Assembly (NCBI GenBank): GCA_004764695.1
Contig: SMSO01000007.1
Location: 744,001-808,000 of the forward strand
Reading direction: 5' to 3'
Length of the DNA: 64,000 nucleotides
DNA from: Schizochytrium sp. TIO01
Taxonomy: Eukaryota > Protista > Bigyra: Labyrinthulomycetes
In this document: one piece after another, positions 1 to 12,399 of the stretch
Numbering within the stretch: position 1 is the first letter of the stretch
How the letters are laid out: every line of letters begins with the position of its first letter
Notes under the pieces: generated by a model
Told to the model about the DNA's origin: nothing
Databases searched by the model: none
The model's input: the letters and a program-made list of their open reading frames with translations, nothing else
Translations under genes and position numbers: made by a program

Positions 1-552
1 ATTTCCATTAAGCGTAGCTCCCGCTGCTCCAGACATGCCATATGGCTGCAGCTGTTGAGGTTGCGACTGATCGTGGTACATTTGGGGGAGAATCTGTTGC
101 TGTAATTGAGGTTGCGACTGATTCTGCTGTTGTTGATTTTGCTGCTGCTGCTGCAGATTAATTTGCTGAGGTTGTTGTTGCTGGTGTTGTTGTGAAATCT
201 GAGGCTGAGGCTGCATAGGTTGTGGCCGAGGCTGCATGGGTTGCGGCTGCGGGTAATGTGAAGGAGCCTGTTGGGGCATAGGCTGAGGCCGTGCAGAGGC
301 ATCCTGGCCATTGTTGCTGTGATTCTGGTTGATGGGGTGGAAGTGGCTGCTGCCGGGCAAGAAAGTGCCCTTGGGCTTGGCTACCTTGGCCGCCTTGCCT
401 CTGACGACAACGCGCGGGATGCACTCACGCTTCTGCCTCGCGCATCTTATACACGTGTCGCTATCGGGGCGTGGGTACTCGCATTTGACGCGCGACACGT
501 AGCACCCCTGGCAGGCATTCCGCTTCACCTTGGTCGAAGGGCGTTCACTCAT
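1..552 (-). CDS. Zn(II)2Cys6 (GAL4-type zinc cluster) transcription factor; 5' part only, runs off the window start
   Basis: Manual translation from ATG at 552: MSERPSTKVKRNACQGCYVSRVKCEYPRPDSDTCIRCARQKRECIP = C-x2-C-x6-C-x9-C-x2-C-x6-C, then a Q/P-rich region; frame open to position 1. Absent from the ORF track because there is no stop in the window. Polypyrimidine-CAG acceptor ending at 588 suggests a 5'-UTR intron. Confidence 0.9.
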   Translation of the reverse strand, partial: MSERPSTKVKRNACQGCYVSRVKCEYPRPDSDTCIRCARQKRECIPRVVVRGKAAKVAKPKGTFLPGSSHFHPINQNHSNNGQDASARPQPMPQQAPSHYPQPQPMQPRPQPMQPQPQISQQHQQQQPQQINLQQQQQNQQQQNQSQPQLQQQILPQMYHDQSQPQQLQPYGMSGAAGATLNGN

Positions 553-3500
553 GCTGCTTGCGCGCTTCCTCTTGTCGTATTTGGTTTCTGCCGTAAAAAG
601 AAAGGTATTACTCCTCTTTCCGCTTCTTTCTTCTTTCTCTTTCTTCCCCTTTTGACTGAGTTTTTCTTTGTTTTTCTTTGTTTTTCTTTGTTTTTGTTTT
701 TGTTTTTTCAGCAAAAGATAATAAAACTTCGCTCACTCTTTCGCTCAGCAAGTCAATCGCTACTTTCACTCGGATGCTCTGGTTGAGTCAATGACTCAAT
801 GAAGAGGTAAGCAGGAACTTTGAAGGCGACCTAGCTCGAGTCTCGTTACTGATGAGTGACTAACTATTCAGAATGAATAGACTTATCTGTCAAGGAACGA
901 ACAAAAAGCCAACCAGCCTCACCTGGGCGCTGAGCAAATGAACTGGAAGAGCAGACAGGTATATCCTGATTTTCGCCAAATGCTATCTTCTGCAGCTGCT
1001 GCTGCTGCTAGAACCTCTGCTAGTTTCCAAGAACTTCGGTAGGTATAGTTAAACTAGCTATCTGCAGCACTTACACAGAGTATCTCTCGCTCACGAAATG
1101 TTGTCGCAGGCAGCGTCGAGGTTAATTTGGGAGGCTGCTCGTCAACTAGGAGCCCCGTGGCAAAACTGCTTCTGCTGTTTTAGGTACCCTTTTCGAGACG
1201 AGCGTCGACGCCAACGCAAAGATGGAAATGGGAATCCCGGTGGAAATAAAATTGCTTGAACCCGCGCAAACCCGCGCACGAATGAGAACAAAAGGTCAAT
1301 CGAATCGCGTGTCCTGCGCTTGTCCTCTTTCCACTTCCGCTTTAGGTGGTTGTTTGATTGCTTGTTTCTTTGTTTCTTTGTTACTTGGAAACTGCTTGCT
1401 TGCTGCTTGCTTGCTGCTTTGCTTTCGTTACCAAGCAAACTATTCTCGTTCCCCTCGCACTCACGACCTCAACAATCCTTCGCTCAAAATCTCAGTAGCT
1501 CAACCAGCCTGTAAGCAAATGGATCCTCTAGGTGCTCTTGCGCTCGCTCTCTAAGGTGGAGACGGTGCTTTCCTCAACTTATTGTCGATGACCGAGTAGT
1601 GCGTACCTACTGCTGTTCAAGAGTAAGATTAAAGTGAAGGCGACAGCGACGCCACACTCGCGTTGAGTCTCCTGCTGCTTTGCTGTTGTGTTCGTGAAGA
1701 GTAGCAACTCTTGCCACCACGCAAGAGCCCAAAAGCCAACGAGCACAAGCACAGAATGGCTCCAGACTTCTTCTCAAGTCCTACTTGTCCTAGGTAGAGA
1801 GAGAGTCTTTTGAATGTCCCGTGTCGATGCTGCTCTTGCCTGCTCTTGCCTGGCTGGACTTCCTCGCGCTGCTCTTCTAACCGGTTGCCTTGGTGCTGTG
1901 CCCCGTCCTTTGTGGCTTTGTGTCTCTGCCGATTGCCGTTGGTGTCTGCCGATGCTGTCTAGTGCCGCGTGCGCCTCAGGGAACGCGAGAATGATCGATT
2001 GATCCCTCTCGAGATAGATTGCTTTGTGGACGAACTTTGACTTTTTACAATTTTTTACAATTTTTTACAATTTTTTACAATAGAGATCTGTTCAAGAGAG
2101 AGAGAGAGAGAAGAACGGGATACTTCAAGTTTCATTCAAGTTTCATTCAAGTTCTCTCTCACTCACTCTCATGAATCTGTCGCTCTTCATTTTATATTTT
2201 AGAACATGGGATAACAATATCACGATCATGAATTGAATAAACATCGAATTCTTTTTAACTCTTTTTAATTTTAAAAAGAAAATGTGATTCGAAGTGAAGA
2301 GTAACATTACTTTTGTAGACCAAATGTCAGATTGAAGCGTCGTGGTCGTTAATAGTTTGCTTTCTCCCCCAACGTGAAAACATGTGAGTTCTCTCTTTGG
2401 AGATCTGATGTCTTTCCATCTCGTTGCATGTGCAGCAGCTTATCATACAGGCTGATAGGCAAATCTAGGTTGCTGCCAGTTCGACTCATCTTCATTCGAA
2501 GCCTGCATTCATGATCAGCGGTTCTTCCTCTGTTTCTTTGTTTCTCTGGAAGCAGAGAAGAAGCGGTAGCACCGGGTCCGCAAAGAGAAGCACCGCGCGA
2601 GAATGCTAAGCGAAAGCAGAGGCTCTGGTAAAGAAGCCGGTAACAGAAGCACCGCTTGCTCTAAAGAAAGTAAGTGAGGGAACTGCGCTCTTTTCTCTTT
2701 CTTGCATTTTTTAAAATAAGAATTTAAAAAAATTAAAATTAAAATTAATATACTTGAAGTTGAAGTAAACTTGAACCCTCTTTTGTATTTCACAGTGTTA
2801 GTACATAAATAAATATACCCGAGTGTGGGTAGTTTGATTGATACCATTGTATCATCATACTACAGTGAACACTTCGAGAATGAAATGAAAATAATAATCC
2901 ATAGCTGATGAAGCAAAGACGGTACCTACGTTCGTAGAAGTTGACGTTCGAAAGAACTTGACGCGCCATACTGACAGGGGAAAAGCGATCTCGTTCCCTG
3001 TATCTATCTTCACTTCACTTCGCTTTGATTCTGGCTGCAACTCTGGAAACCAAAGCGAAAACATTTCTTTCTTTGCATTTTTCTCCTATGATAATTCTAA
3101 GATATATCAGATAACATTAATTAAACAATTTAGAACTATGCGAATGATTCATTCATTCATTCATTCGTTCGTTTATTCATTCATTCATTCATTCATTCAT
3201 TCATTTACTTGTTACACATATTTACCATCGCAGATCATTACGAACTAGAAATACAAATGCAGGAATAGTCGAATTGTTCTCAAACAGCTCCATCGACAAT
3301 CGGCACGAGTGAAAGATAGCGACCGCCTCTCCCGAAGGAGAGCCGTCGCTCGAAGATGAACTCCCAACGAAGGCTCGAGAAGACCTCTGACCCGACTCGA
3401 GCATCACTCAGTAACCCGCTCAGTCATGCGAAGGGAAGGGACCGCAACACTCCTCGCGTGCATTGCATTGCATGCTGTCTGCCTGTCTTAGATGATCTTG

Positions 3501-4355
3501 ACAGTCGCTGGCGAGGCTGCCACGGCGCAAGCCAATCGGCAAAAGGGCAAGCGCGTGCGTGCCTGTGGCGAGGCGCTTGATTCCTTGCTCTCTTTGGGTG
3601 TCCGTGCCGAGCGAAGCAGCGGGCAGAAGCAGAACCGGAGCGCGAGGAACTCAGACTCTGCTGCGGTTTCCGTCATTCGTTCTTATTGATTAACTTACAT
3701 TTTTCAAGCTTGAGCTGTTAAAAGCATTTGGTTTACTTTAATTGTTTTATTTTACTTCGTTTCATTTCGTAAAAACAATAAAAATAATGATTACTACTGT
3801 GTAAAAATTTCCAAGAACTATGATTGTTTGGAAATAAGTATACGACAGTGCTACGGCGCCGTATACCACTGCACTAGAGCTAGCTGGCTGCCTATGCCAG
3901 AAGGGAAAAAGCAAAGTGAAAAACAGGTAGTTAGGGAAGCTAAAGTTCGCTCTCCCTCTCATTCGTAGTTGGCAATGCTCAGTTTTTTTGGTTTTTTATT
4001 TGTTCTTCAGAATGCTCCTTTTTAAAAGGAGTTTTAAACTTGAAAGAACTTGAAACACGGGAATGGAGAATGTAGCCACAGATCGATCAACCCTCGTCAC
4101 TCGACTGCTGACCAGGTCGGCCTTAGATAGCACCCAGGCAGACATCTAATATCCTAACCACCACATCTAACCGGGAAGGCTTTGAGAACCGTCATCCAAG
4201 TTCTCAAGTTTGAAGGAGCTCTGCGGAACTTGAGTTTCTGGCATATGAAATGCGTTTCCTTATTCCTGCCTGGCGTCTCTCTAGAGAGGCGCTCTCTCCT
4301 TCATGAAATTTGGCCTTCGTTTTACACACGCATTCAATCTCCCGCACGAAGTTCC

Positions 4356-4404
<49 letters not shown>
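4356..4404. repeat. (CAT)n microsatellite
   Basis: About 16 perfect CAT units; explains the poly-H/I/S/D/M ORFs. Confidence 0.95.
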
Positions 4405-6384
4405 TCCGCTTCTAAGACCTTCGTCTTCAGCGCATTCGGTTGTTTCCACAACGACAGAATGCATAAAAGAGGGCACTCGGATAGCCAGCTATCTTCGAAG
4501 GCGAACTCGAACTCGTTGCAGGCAAGAGACGAGGTCCGTGGAAAGCGGTCCTCCATGTGAGCCTAAGCAGCCTCGGGATTACGAGTAAGGATGTATGTAT
4601 ACTTTGGGTCAACCAGCGCGAAGCAGATTTGGTTATCTCGATCGAATTCGGTTCTCTCGATCGGCCTCAATGGTCTCCGCTTCGAGGCTGACTTGTTGGA
4701 GGCTCTTTCTTCAAAGCAAGGCAGAGCAGAGCAGAGCAGACGCAGCCAGGACCACGCGATGCGAACATGTGGTTCTTGAAGTTCGTTCTCTGGAGTTGAA
4801 CTTGGGTGGGCACGTGCCACGCGCGATCTCGAAGTCGTAGCAATTGCTATATCGATCGCCTGTCAGCGCGTGTATGGGTGGAAGAAGGGCGCCATTCGCT
4901 GCACGACGACTTGGCTTGGATTGAGAAGGAGAAGGATATCTTGCCTCGGCTTCGATTGGGGCTGTGAAGATTGATTCCACAACGACAAGAAGAACTTGCG
5001 CGAGTTTCTTTGCTGCGATTTGTGGGCTAGCTGGTAGGTTTAGTCGAAAGCTGAAGACGCCTTGCTTGCAGCAAGTCACTCGCATGGGCTCCCATGCATT
5101 GTTCACCCAAATGTCGAGAAGTATCACTGTAGCACAAATAGAAAGAAAGGGAGAAAGCCAAAAAGCGAACTTTTTATGTCTATATTTTTAAATTATATAA
5201 ATATATAGTTTTTTAGAAAAACGCTTTCAAGTTATAAGAGGAAGTGAAGAGACGGTGACTGTGGACAGTGGAGTAGTGACGGGAAGCCAGAGCAAAATAG
5301 AAACTTTGTCAGAGACTACTAAGTCTCTCCACCAACCGTCACTGTCAGTAAAATGTCCAGTGTGGCTAGGAAAGAGCCAGACATGCTACGCAGCATTCTT
5401 AGTCACTTCCTCTCTGCCACTCATGGAAGCCCTGGGAAACAGTCTGGACCATCTGAAAGTTGTGTGTCCCAGCTGTCCCGGCCTCCCCACGACCACAACA
5501 ATCGAACAGTGGAGAGAAAGTCAAAGTCAAAGTCAAAGGGGCTGGAGGAAAGGAAAAGGAACACGCCAAGAACGTCGAAAACACAAGTTAGAGTTCTTTA
5601 CTTTCTTCAGCTTTCACCCTATGAGATGATGGGAGAGGAAGAGATCTCGCGAGCTCGAATGCTGTGTCGATGCGACGCACGGTCATTGTCGAAGTTGAAA
5701 CGCACTACCTACAAAGCAAACCTTGGGCAGCAAGGGACGTACTCACGACGTACTAGGATATCGATGGGCCTTCGAGCTTAAGGTGGAGTGCATGGAATAA
5801 GGAGCGGGAATATTGCATTGCATTGCATTGCATTGCATTGCATTGCAGTTGCTTGAATATTAGACGAGAAACGTGGGAGCTACTTGGTCAGTGTGGAAAG
5901 GAAGGTATCTATCTACCCTACCTATCTACCAGTGTGTAGAACCTAAGCATTGGGCTGAGATTGAGAGAGAGAGAGAGAGAGAGAGAGATTCAACACTAAC
6001 ACCAACACCAACGCCGAAATGAGAAATGAACTCGTGGTTCGCTTTTTGTTAAAAAATCAAGACCAAACACTCTTGTTTTAACCCAGCTTACAGCAATTGT
6101 GTGATAAGCTTGAAGAACTGGCATTCAAGGCTGGGAAGAGACGCTTCCGAGTGTAACAGTCACACGCGCGGCCAATTCCACGAATTAGTGAGAAACGTGC
6201 TGCTCGCTGTCTTCAAGCAAGTGCAGCCTTGTTGCACTAGTATGCTACTAAAAAAGTAAAAGCAATTTTTAAAAACCATGCAATGGTTTTGATTCTTGAT
6301 ACTTCCACTGTCTATCTAGTTCAGGTATCTACTACTCAGAACGATATGATAATTCAGAAAAACTCAGAAGATACAAATAAGATC

Positions 6385-7393
6385 TCATATAGATCGAATT
6401 ACTCTCGAGGGGCGGAGGCTGCTCCTAGTAATCTCTTTACGTGGGTGGTAAAGCCTCCTCAAGTCAAAATACATCACGAATACTGGAATCAAATAGAATA
6501 TAAGCGTTTGCTAGTCCCGACGCGTGTCATGCCTACTATAGCGACCCCTTTTCGATGGGATCATATTTGTCATCCCTTTGTGGAAAATAAAGGGCTCTGG
6601 CCAGTTTTCTTTCTCATAGCTACAATGCAGGACCTACTCGGCGCATACATAACACAGCAAGAGCATTACTTCCATGAAGGCAGACAGATAATGCAGTCTG
6701 CACGCCACATATTATTGATTAAATGCATACCACATGATATTGATAGGATAAATGATTTTCTTAGGGTTCAATACCCATTTGAGCTAGAGTATTTGCCTCG
6801 TTGGGACATCTAAAACATGTAATTTTCCATATCACCATGATAGGAAGTTGAACCAGTTCTTAAAATGGGATTTCAACATAGAAGTGCACAATCTATTGTA
6901 GAACAACAAAAGAAAAATGTACTCGTGCGGAGAAAAAAAGAAGCAGCAAACATCACCAAAATATTAATTTAAATAATAATAATTTACAATCAGTGACTCG
7001 CCTACAATTAAATGTGAAATAGATATCCGATTGATTGGATCATCAAGACATGTCCGAAACGGAAAGCAAAGCGACATAATAGAAATAATAATAAATAAAT
7101 AGACTCATAGAATTTAATTGCAACCATGTATTCACGTGATCGAAATTGCACTACAAAGTGCCACCACCATAGAGGCAATATAAATAAAAAGCAAAGATAG
7201 TGTGGCGACGTAAAGTTGTAAGGGCAACTTGACGGCCAATGTCGGATCCATTCGGAAAGGTAATAGCATTCCCAAGACTAACAAAAAGGGAACTAAACGC
7301 TGCAATTAATGCTGCGATTAGCAAGCCATGGTCTACAACTACTTCCATCATCCTAGTTTGGATTTGTTCATATGTACAATAAGTGGGGCTCAC
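6385..7393 (-). pseudogene. possible decayed polytopic membrane-protein gene
   Basis: Minus frame gives hydrophobic protein-like segments (GLLIAALIAAFSSLFVSLG, WLQLNSMSLFIYYFYYVALL, QTLIFYLIPVFVMYFDLRRLY) interrupted by stops, plus an intron-like acceptor near 6893. The plus ORF 6283..6813 may be its antisense shadow. Family not recognised. Confidence 0.25.
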
Positions 7394-7479
7394 TGGTTTC
7401 CTTCAAGGAGAAGTGCACCCAAGTGCGCGAGTAAGTTGTTTCCTCGGTTCATATAGCAATAGCACCTGACGAGATTACA

Positions 7480-8316
7480 TTACTGCAGAAACGAAATCTG
7501 GGACAGGGGCCAAACGCGAGCCACTACGCGAGCTGATACTGCAATCGCAGGTACTGGCCCATACAATCGCGAGTCAGAGGAGCTAGCTTTATTGTCACCC
7601 TCGAGCCAAACAAAGCCCGACGGAACTCGAATATACCGCGGCTTTGTTGTTGTGTCCATCTCACCATCTCCCTCTTGTGCATCCCTGGATACGCCTGATT
7701 CAACTTCTTCGTCAGGCTCCTCTCGAGCAAGTTGCACGCAGTCCCAAGCCAACTTTCGATTACCCTTTTCGCTACCTTGCACGTGCTGCAAATCCGCAGG
7801 TGCTGCAAACGCAGTCATCCTCCTTGATGTTGCCAAGTTCGAAGCCACTTCACGCACCAAGCTCCTCCTTCCCAAGTCACCCTCGCCCTCAGCCCCAAGC
7901 TCATCTTCCACCTCGTCCCAGAGCTTTCGGAATCGATCTTGATTTGGATCTTGATCCTCGGTCGTCCGACCATTTGGAGTGGCCAAAGGCACCTCGAGAT
8001 CCGGTCCAAGATAATACGAAAACGCAGTGTGCTGGTCCACTCGCACAAGGTCTCCAGCGACGCCAATGACACGCTTACAGACGATCCCGCGAGGTTCGCC
8101 AGGAGGCCTCGCAATTACGAGGTCGCCTTTGCGATAGGAAAGTAGGCGAGGAGAGAGCGTTTCCACGAGCACGCGGTCACCACGCTCATTGATGGTAGGC
8201 AGCATGGAGGGACCTTCACACTGGAGCACAGTCACCTGAGAGCCCAAGAGGGTACCTACGGCAGCGGATACCGCGAGACCACGCCAGGCCAGAGCCCAGG
8301 AACGAGGCGCTGCCAT
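7480..8316 (-). CDS. mitochondrial inner membrane peptidase subunit (IMP1-like, peptidase S26)
   Basis: GPSMLPT (catalytic Ser), CKRVIG (catalytic Lys), VPSGFVWLEGDN...SSDSRLYGPVP...RVWP; first ATG at 8316. Confidence 0.9.
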   Translation of the reverse strand: MAAPRSWALAWRGLAVSAAVGTLLGSQVTVLQCEGPSMLPTINERGDRVLVETLSPRLLSYRKGDLVIARPPGEPRGIVCKRVIGVAGDLVRVDQHTAFSYYLGPDLEVPLATPNGRTTEDQDPNQDRFRKLWDEVEDELGAEGEGDLGRRSLVREVASNLATSRRMTAFAAPADLQHVQGSEKGNRKLAWDCVQLAREEPDEEVESGVSRDAQEGDGEMDTTTKPRYIRVPSGFVWLEGDNKASSSDSRLYGPVPAIAVSARVVARVWPLSQISFLQ

Positions 8317-10040
8317 GAGGGCGAGAGCGATCTTCGCCCGCACTTCACGATGGGCTAGAGAGGGAGAAGAACAGTCCAGGAAGCACGAAAGGATAAACTT
8401 GAAATCCACGAGAGGAAGGCTCACCAAGATCAAGAGGCAAAATCAGATGTCCAACTCAGAGAATAGAACTAGTCCTCAATTGGGTTTGGATTTGGTGATG
8501 ATGTCGATTTCGCTTTCGATTCTGTTTCTCTTCATTCATATGAACGAAGTTCCGAAGGCAACTACGTAGTAGGTAGGTATAGGTAGGTAGAGGTAGGTAT
8601 AGGTAGGTAGGTATTTATTGCTAGGCTTTTCTCTGATGTAACATTCCACAAACCTCTGCAGTTGCATCTGCCTCAAAGAAACTTCAAGGCAGTCACATCG
8701 TTTAAGCATTCAAGCAATACGCAAAACAAATCAATATATCCAACGTGCAGCCTGAGCAGAAGCAAATTCCGCGAATCCTTTTTCGTGGCAGTTCTGGTAC
8801 CTACCTCCTTGCAAAGTGTTCTCATAGAAGGGTACTACTGCCTTGCCTAAGACTAAGTTTTAGCATAAAGTAAATAGCTAGGAAAGTACCTTTCCCTCAT
8901 TTTGACAAGCCAATGATTGATTTTTTGGCTGGAGGTTTTACCAAACTTGCTCAAGATTATAACTTGTTACTATCCTTGGCTAGGGAGAGTGAGGCTCTAG
9001 TGCCTGGCTAAAAAACTTAAGGTAGGTAATAAACTGAAAATCAAATACAAGATTGTCAAAGACGGTTGCTCAAATTATTCCTGGACCGGTTTGAAGATGG
9101 CGTTTTACGAATTCGAGTTTAATAACCGCTTACATATTGGTGGTGATATTTTGAAGTACCTAGGTACCTACCAAATCTATCCTACCTAGAAGTATCTGCG
9201 AAAGGTACCGTACCATCGTGCTATTCATTTTTTCGTACCGTGAACAAATAGATATGCTTTGTATACTAAAATAGACCAAGATACATGAAGACTACGTTAC
9301 GTAGGTGCATCGATCTATAGAACTAAATGCCTTAGTATTGCCACTAAACTCTAAGCAATCTATAATAGAGCATGTTGAGAAAGACTTGAAGGCGAAGTAA
9401 AGACTGCCACGTAGCTAACATCAAAATGCTCTAAATAACTCCACCTTACGGAGTCACGTACAGCGAGAGTATATGCTGATATAAATGTTTCTGTATTTAT
9501 GACTAGCACTAACTCAACTCATGCCGCTGAGCATGAAATGGAAATCTTGTGAGATTTCAATGAGAGAATTGTAGTGCATACCTGTAACTCGGAATAACTC
9601 AGATTTAGAAACTTCAGAATGAAGGTTATCTGCTTAATGTCATGGCTGATAGTCAGCAGATGAAGGTACAAGCCATCTAGATAGCAACAGTATTATGATA
9701 GTAGAGTAGACTCGTTTAAGTTATTACTCTATCCTTTGTAGGAAGACTGGGACAGCAAAGATGGGATGTTTTGAAGCGCTAGTGACTTCAACCACTCCTA
9801 AAAATCAAATCGACTGAGTGACTGAGAAGAAAAGCGATTATTTTGTATTGATTTAGCTGCGCATCTCGGTTTATACATGGAAGTATACAGGAGGTAAAGT
9901 TTGGAGGAGCTCCAGTACACCTTAACTTAAGTAAACATGCCCTTGGTTTGAGCTTTCTATAAATGAGTCTTTCACTGAGCATACACGCAAACCTCTTAGC
10001 AATAATCACCAACCAAAGGCGCTCTTTATTAGCACCTAGC

Positions 10041-10229
10041 TTCTAGCAATGGTACAAATACCAGTAAGGTATATCTGTACATTTTTGTCATGACCAATAA
10101 AAGAAAAAACAGAATATGCAAATATTGCCGAGCTACTTATTTTCTAGCAATGGTAAAAATTACCAGGAAGGTACATCTGTACATTTTTGTTTTAACCAAT
10201 AAAAGAAGAAACACAATATGCAAATATTT
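10041..10229. repeat. two-copy imperfect tandem duplication, period about 101 bp
   Basis: TTCTAGCAATGGTA...ATATGCAAATATT starts at 10041 and again at 10142. Confidence 0.85.
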
Positions 10230-10284
10230 TCCAGGCCTTTCAGAACAAAAGAGATGCCAATGGTATGGTAGATAAGTTGAGTTT

Positions 10285-11274
10285 CTACATCTGATCGAAC
10301 TGTTTACTGTGCGCTTCGTAGGCTTTAACGAAAGTCTGCGGAAGGTCACCCATTCGTTTGTGGGGTTTCGAGAGAATTTGAAGTTGCGGGCTTTTGATCC
10401 GGATTCCCATAGAACCAAAAATGCAAATGAATTCTGCATTAAAATTATTGGGAATTCCTCTGTGCCTTGGGAAAAGAGCAATGTTGTTCAACAAGACGGC
10501 AAGGTTGAGCTTTATTTGGTTCCCTGAGAGCTGTACTTTACTTGCACGGACCTTGAGCAGTCCCAAATTCTTGTGAGCTTGACCATTGTAGGTGGTGTTA
10601 TCACGCGTGTCTCTTTGCCAAATTGCCGTGACATCCACAAACCGATCTTGGTATTCATCGGCATCTCCTTCGGCATCTTTCTCGTTGGTAAGTTTTTTTT
10701 TATTGCATCGAACGCGCGTGTTTCCATAGAGTCGTACGCCGATGGCATCCGGTGGAGTTTGGCTGAATGAAATGACAGAACGCCAATGCCGATACTTTGC
10801 ATACGAGTGATACACCGGAAGACGATTCTGGAGGACAAGGGAGACCTCATTAACTCCAAAGGAGCCTAGACTTTCAGCTTTCACAGCATTCCGGATATAG
10901 CCGGGAGGGTTCGAATCTTGACTTTGTACATCTGTATCTAAGCTGCCCGAGGAACTATTATTATTTGCTGAACCCAAACCAGCCGCTATATCTTGCAAGA
11001 AGCTGAAAGAGTCTGTCGTTAACTGTCGATTCAACTGTTCCCGCAAGTCATTCTTGATTCTTTCATGTGTTACATTCAAGTCCTCCTCACGAGAGACATC
11101 ATCATTAGTATTGGACGGTCCTCTTTCTAGCTTCACCAGAATGTTCGATTGATTGATCTGAGAGGTGGTCCTCAGCTTTGCGTGAGAGGTCCGCAGAAAC
11201 TTGACAGAGTCTACCTTTGGTGATACCTCTTCATCCTTAGTCTCTTCACGTGGCAATGGAACAGTGCGCTTCAT
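10285..11274 (-). CDS. hypothetical protein (329 aa), possible beta-sandwich DNA-binding domain in C-terminal half
   Basis: 990-bp ATG-initiated ORF in AT-rich surroundings; disordered N-terminal half, beta-strand-like C-terminal half ending IKSPQLQILSKPHKR. Confidence 0.75.
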   Translation of the reverse strand: MKRTVPLPREETKDEEVSPKVDSVKFLRTSHAKLRTTSQINQSNILVKLERGPSNTNDDVSREEDLNVTHERIKNDLREQLNRQLTTDSFSFLQDIAAGLGSANNNSSSGSLDTDVQSQDSNPPGYIRNAVKAESLGSFGVNEVSLVLQNRLPVYHSYAKYRHWRSVISFSQTPPDAIGVRLYGNTRVRCNKKKLTNEKDAEGDADEYQDRFVDVTAIWQRDTRDNTTYNGQAHKNLGLLKVRASKVQLSGNQIKLNLAVLLNNIALFPRHRGIPNNFNAEFICIFGSMGIRIKSPQLQILSKPHKRMGDLPQTFVKAYEAHSKQFDQM

Positions 11275-12399
11275 TCTTAAGCGCTATAGCTTCACCACTC
11301 AAAGGGTGAATTCGCTGTTATTGAATCTACTATTGTTGGGGTTGGTGTTTTCAAAATACTCAGGCTAGACTCAGGCGCCTCAATTATTGATTTGTTCGAG
11401 GAATTGTTGATATATTCTGTTTAGGAAAGCTTGCTCAAGTCTCTTCCTAAAATATCAAGAGCGACCCCGCGATGAGCTTGCAAACAGCAAACTACCTTTT
11501 AAGATTATCATATATGGTCGCGAGTCTTTGCTTCTAATCTCCTCCGTGCTTGGGGCTTGACTTACAATGCCTTTGTCCTCATAGAGGACCCGAGCCTGAA
11601 GAATCGAGGTATGGGCGCGGAGCAAATCAATTCTTATCTCTTAGAGAGCATGTTGCAATGTGGCATTAATGGTCAATCACGAAAGATCATCTTTTCTCAG
11701 TGTATCAGTCGCTTCCTTTGTTACAGTAGGAGACACCTTTCTATGGCATATAAAAGTTGTGCTGACTGCGCCGTTTCGGTACGTCATGCAAGACTACCGG
11801 ATTACAATTGTTCTTTATCAACGCGCACGTCCATTAATCACAATGCGTTGATGAAGCAAGATGTTTCATCCTCGTGAAGGAAAGCGTCCTACCTACTCCC
11901 TTCGTCCCCGGTACCTATTACACAACATCCGTTCAGCAATGGTTCGAAGGACGTAGCGCGGCTTTATGCAAGGTGACTGCAATTTTATTGAGTGGCCTGT
12001 GGGTTCTAATTATTCTGGTTACCGCTGATCTACGCAATCGATAGAGCAGTCAAAACGGACTCATTGGTCAGGCATGCCTGACTAGAAGAATAATTGACAT
12101 CGAGTTCATCCACTCAAACACTTTATTTAAAAATAAATATGGCACAGAATATATCTTTAAAAAAGTCAGCCTTTTACTAGCAACAATATTTGTCGTATAA
12201 ACACTCGCCTGCTACTCCTTTGCTAATCGGGGCTTGCTTTTCGAGGTGTGCAGATAGTACGGTCAAATGTTATCTTAGAAACAGGCCTGAATGCTGTAAA
12301 TTGGCCACCCTCTATCCTTAAGTATCATTCTACCTACTTACTTAAAAGGCTGGTGACACTGGACACATTTAACATGTCCCTGCTTCCACCTGGTGTTGG

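Noticed and set aside
158-786. ORFs 158..424(-) and 271..786(+)
   Set aside because: Wrong frame or strand of the Zn2Cys6 gene starting at 552
4182-4588. Poly-His/Asp/Met/Ile/Ser ORFs
   Set aside because: All frames of the (CAT)n repeat
12165-12185. GCCTTTTAC matches the U5 snRNA loop 1
   Set aside because: Flanks do not form the U5 stem; a 9-mer match is plausible by chance
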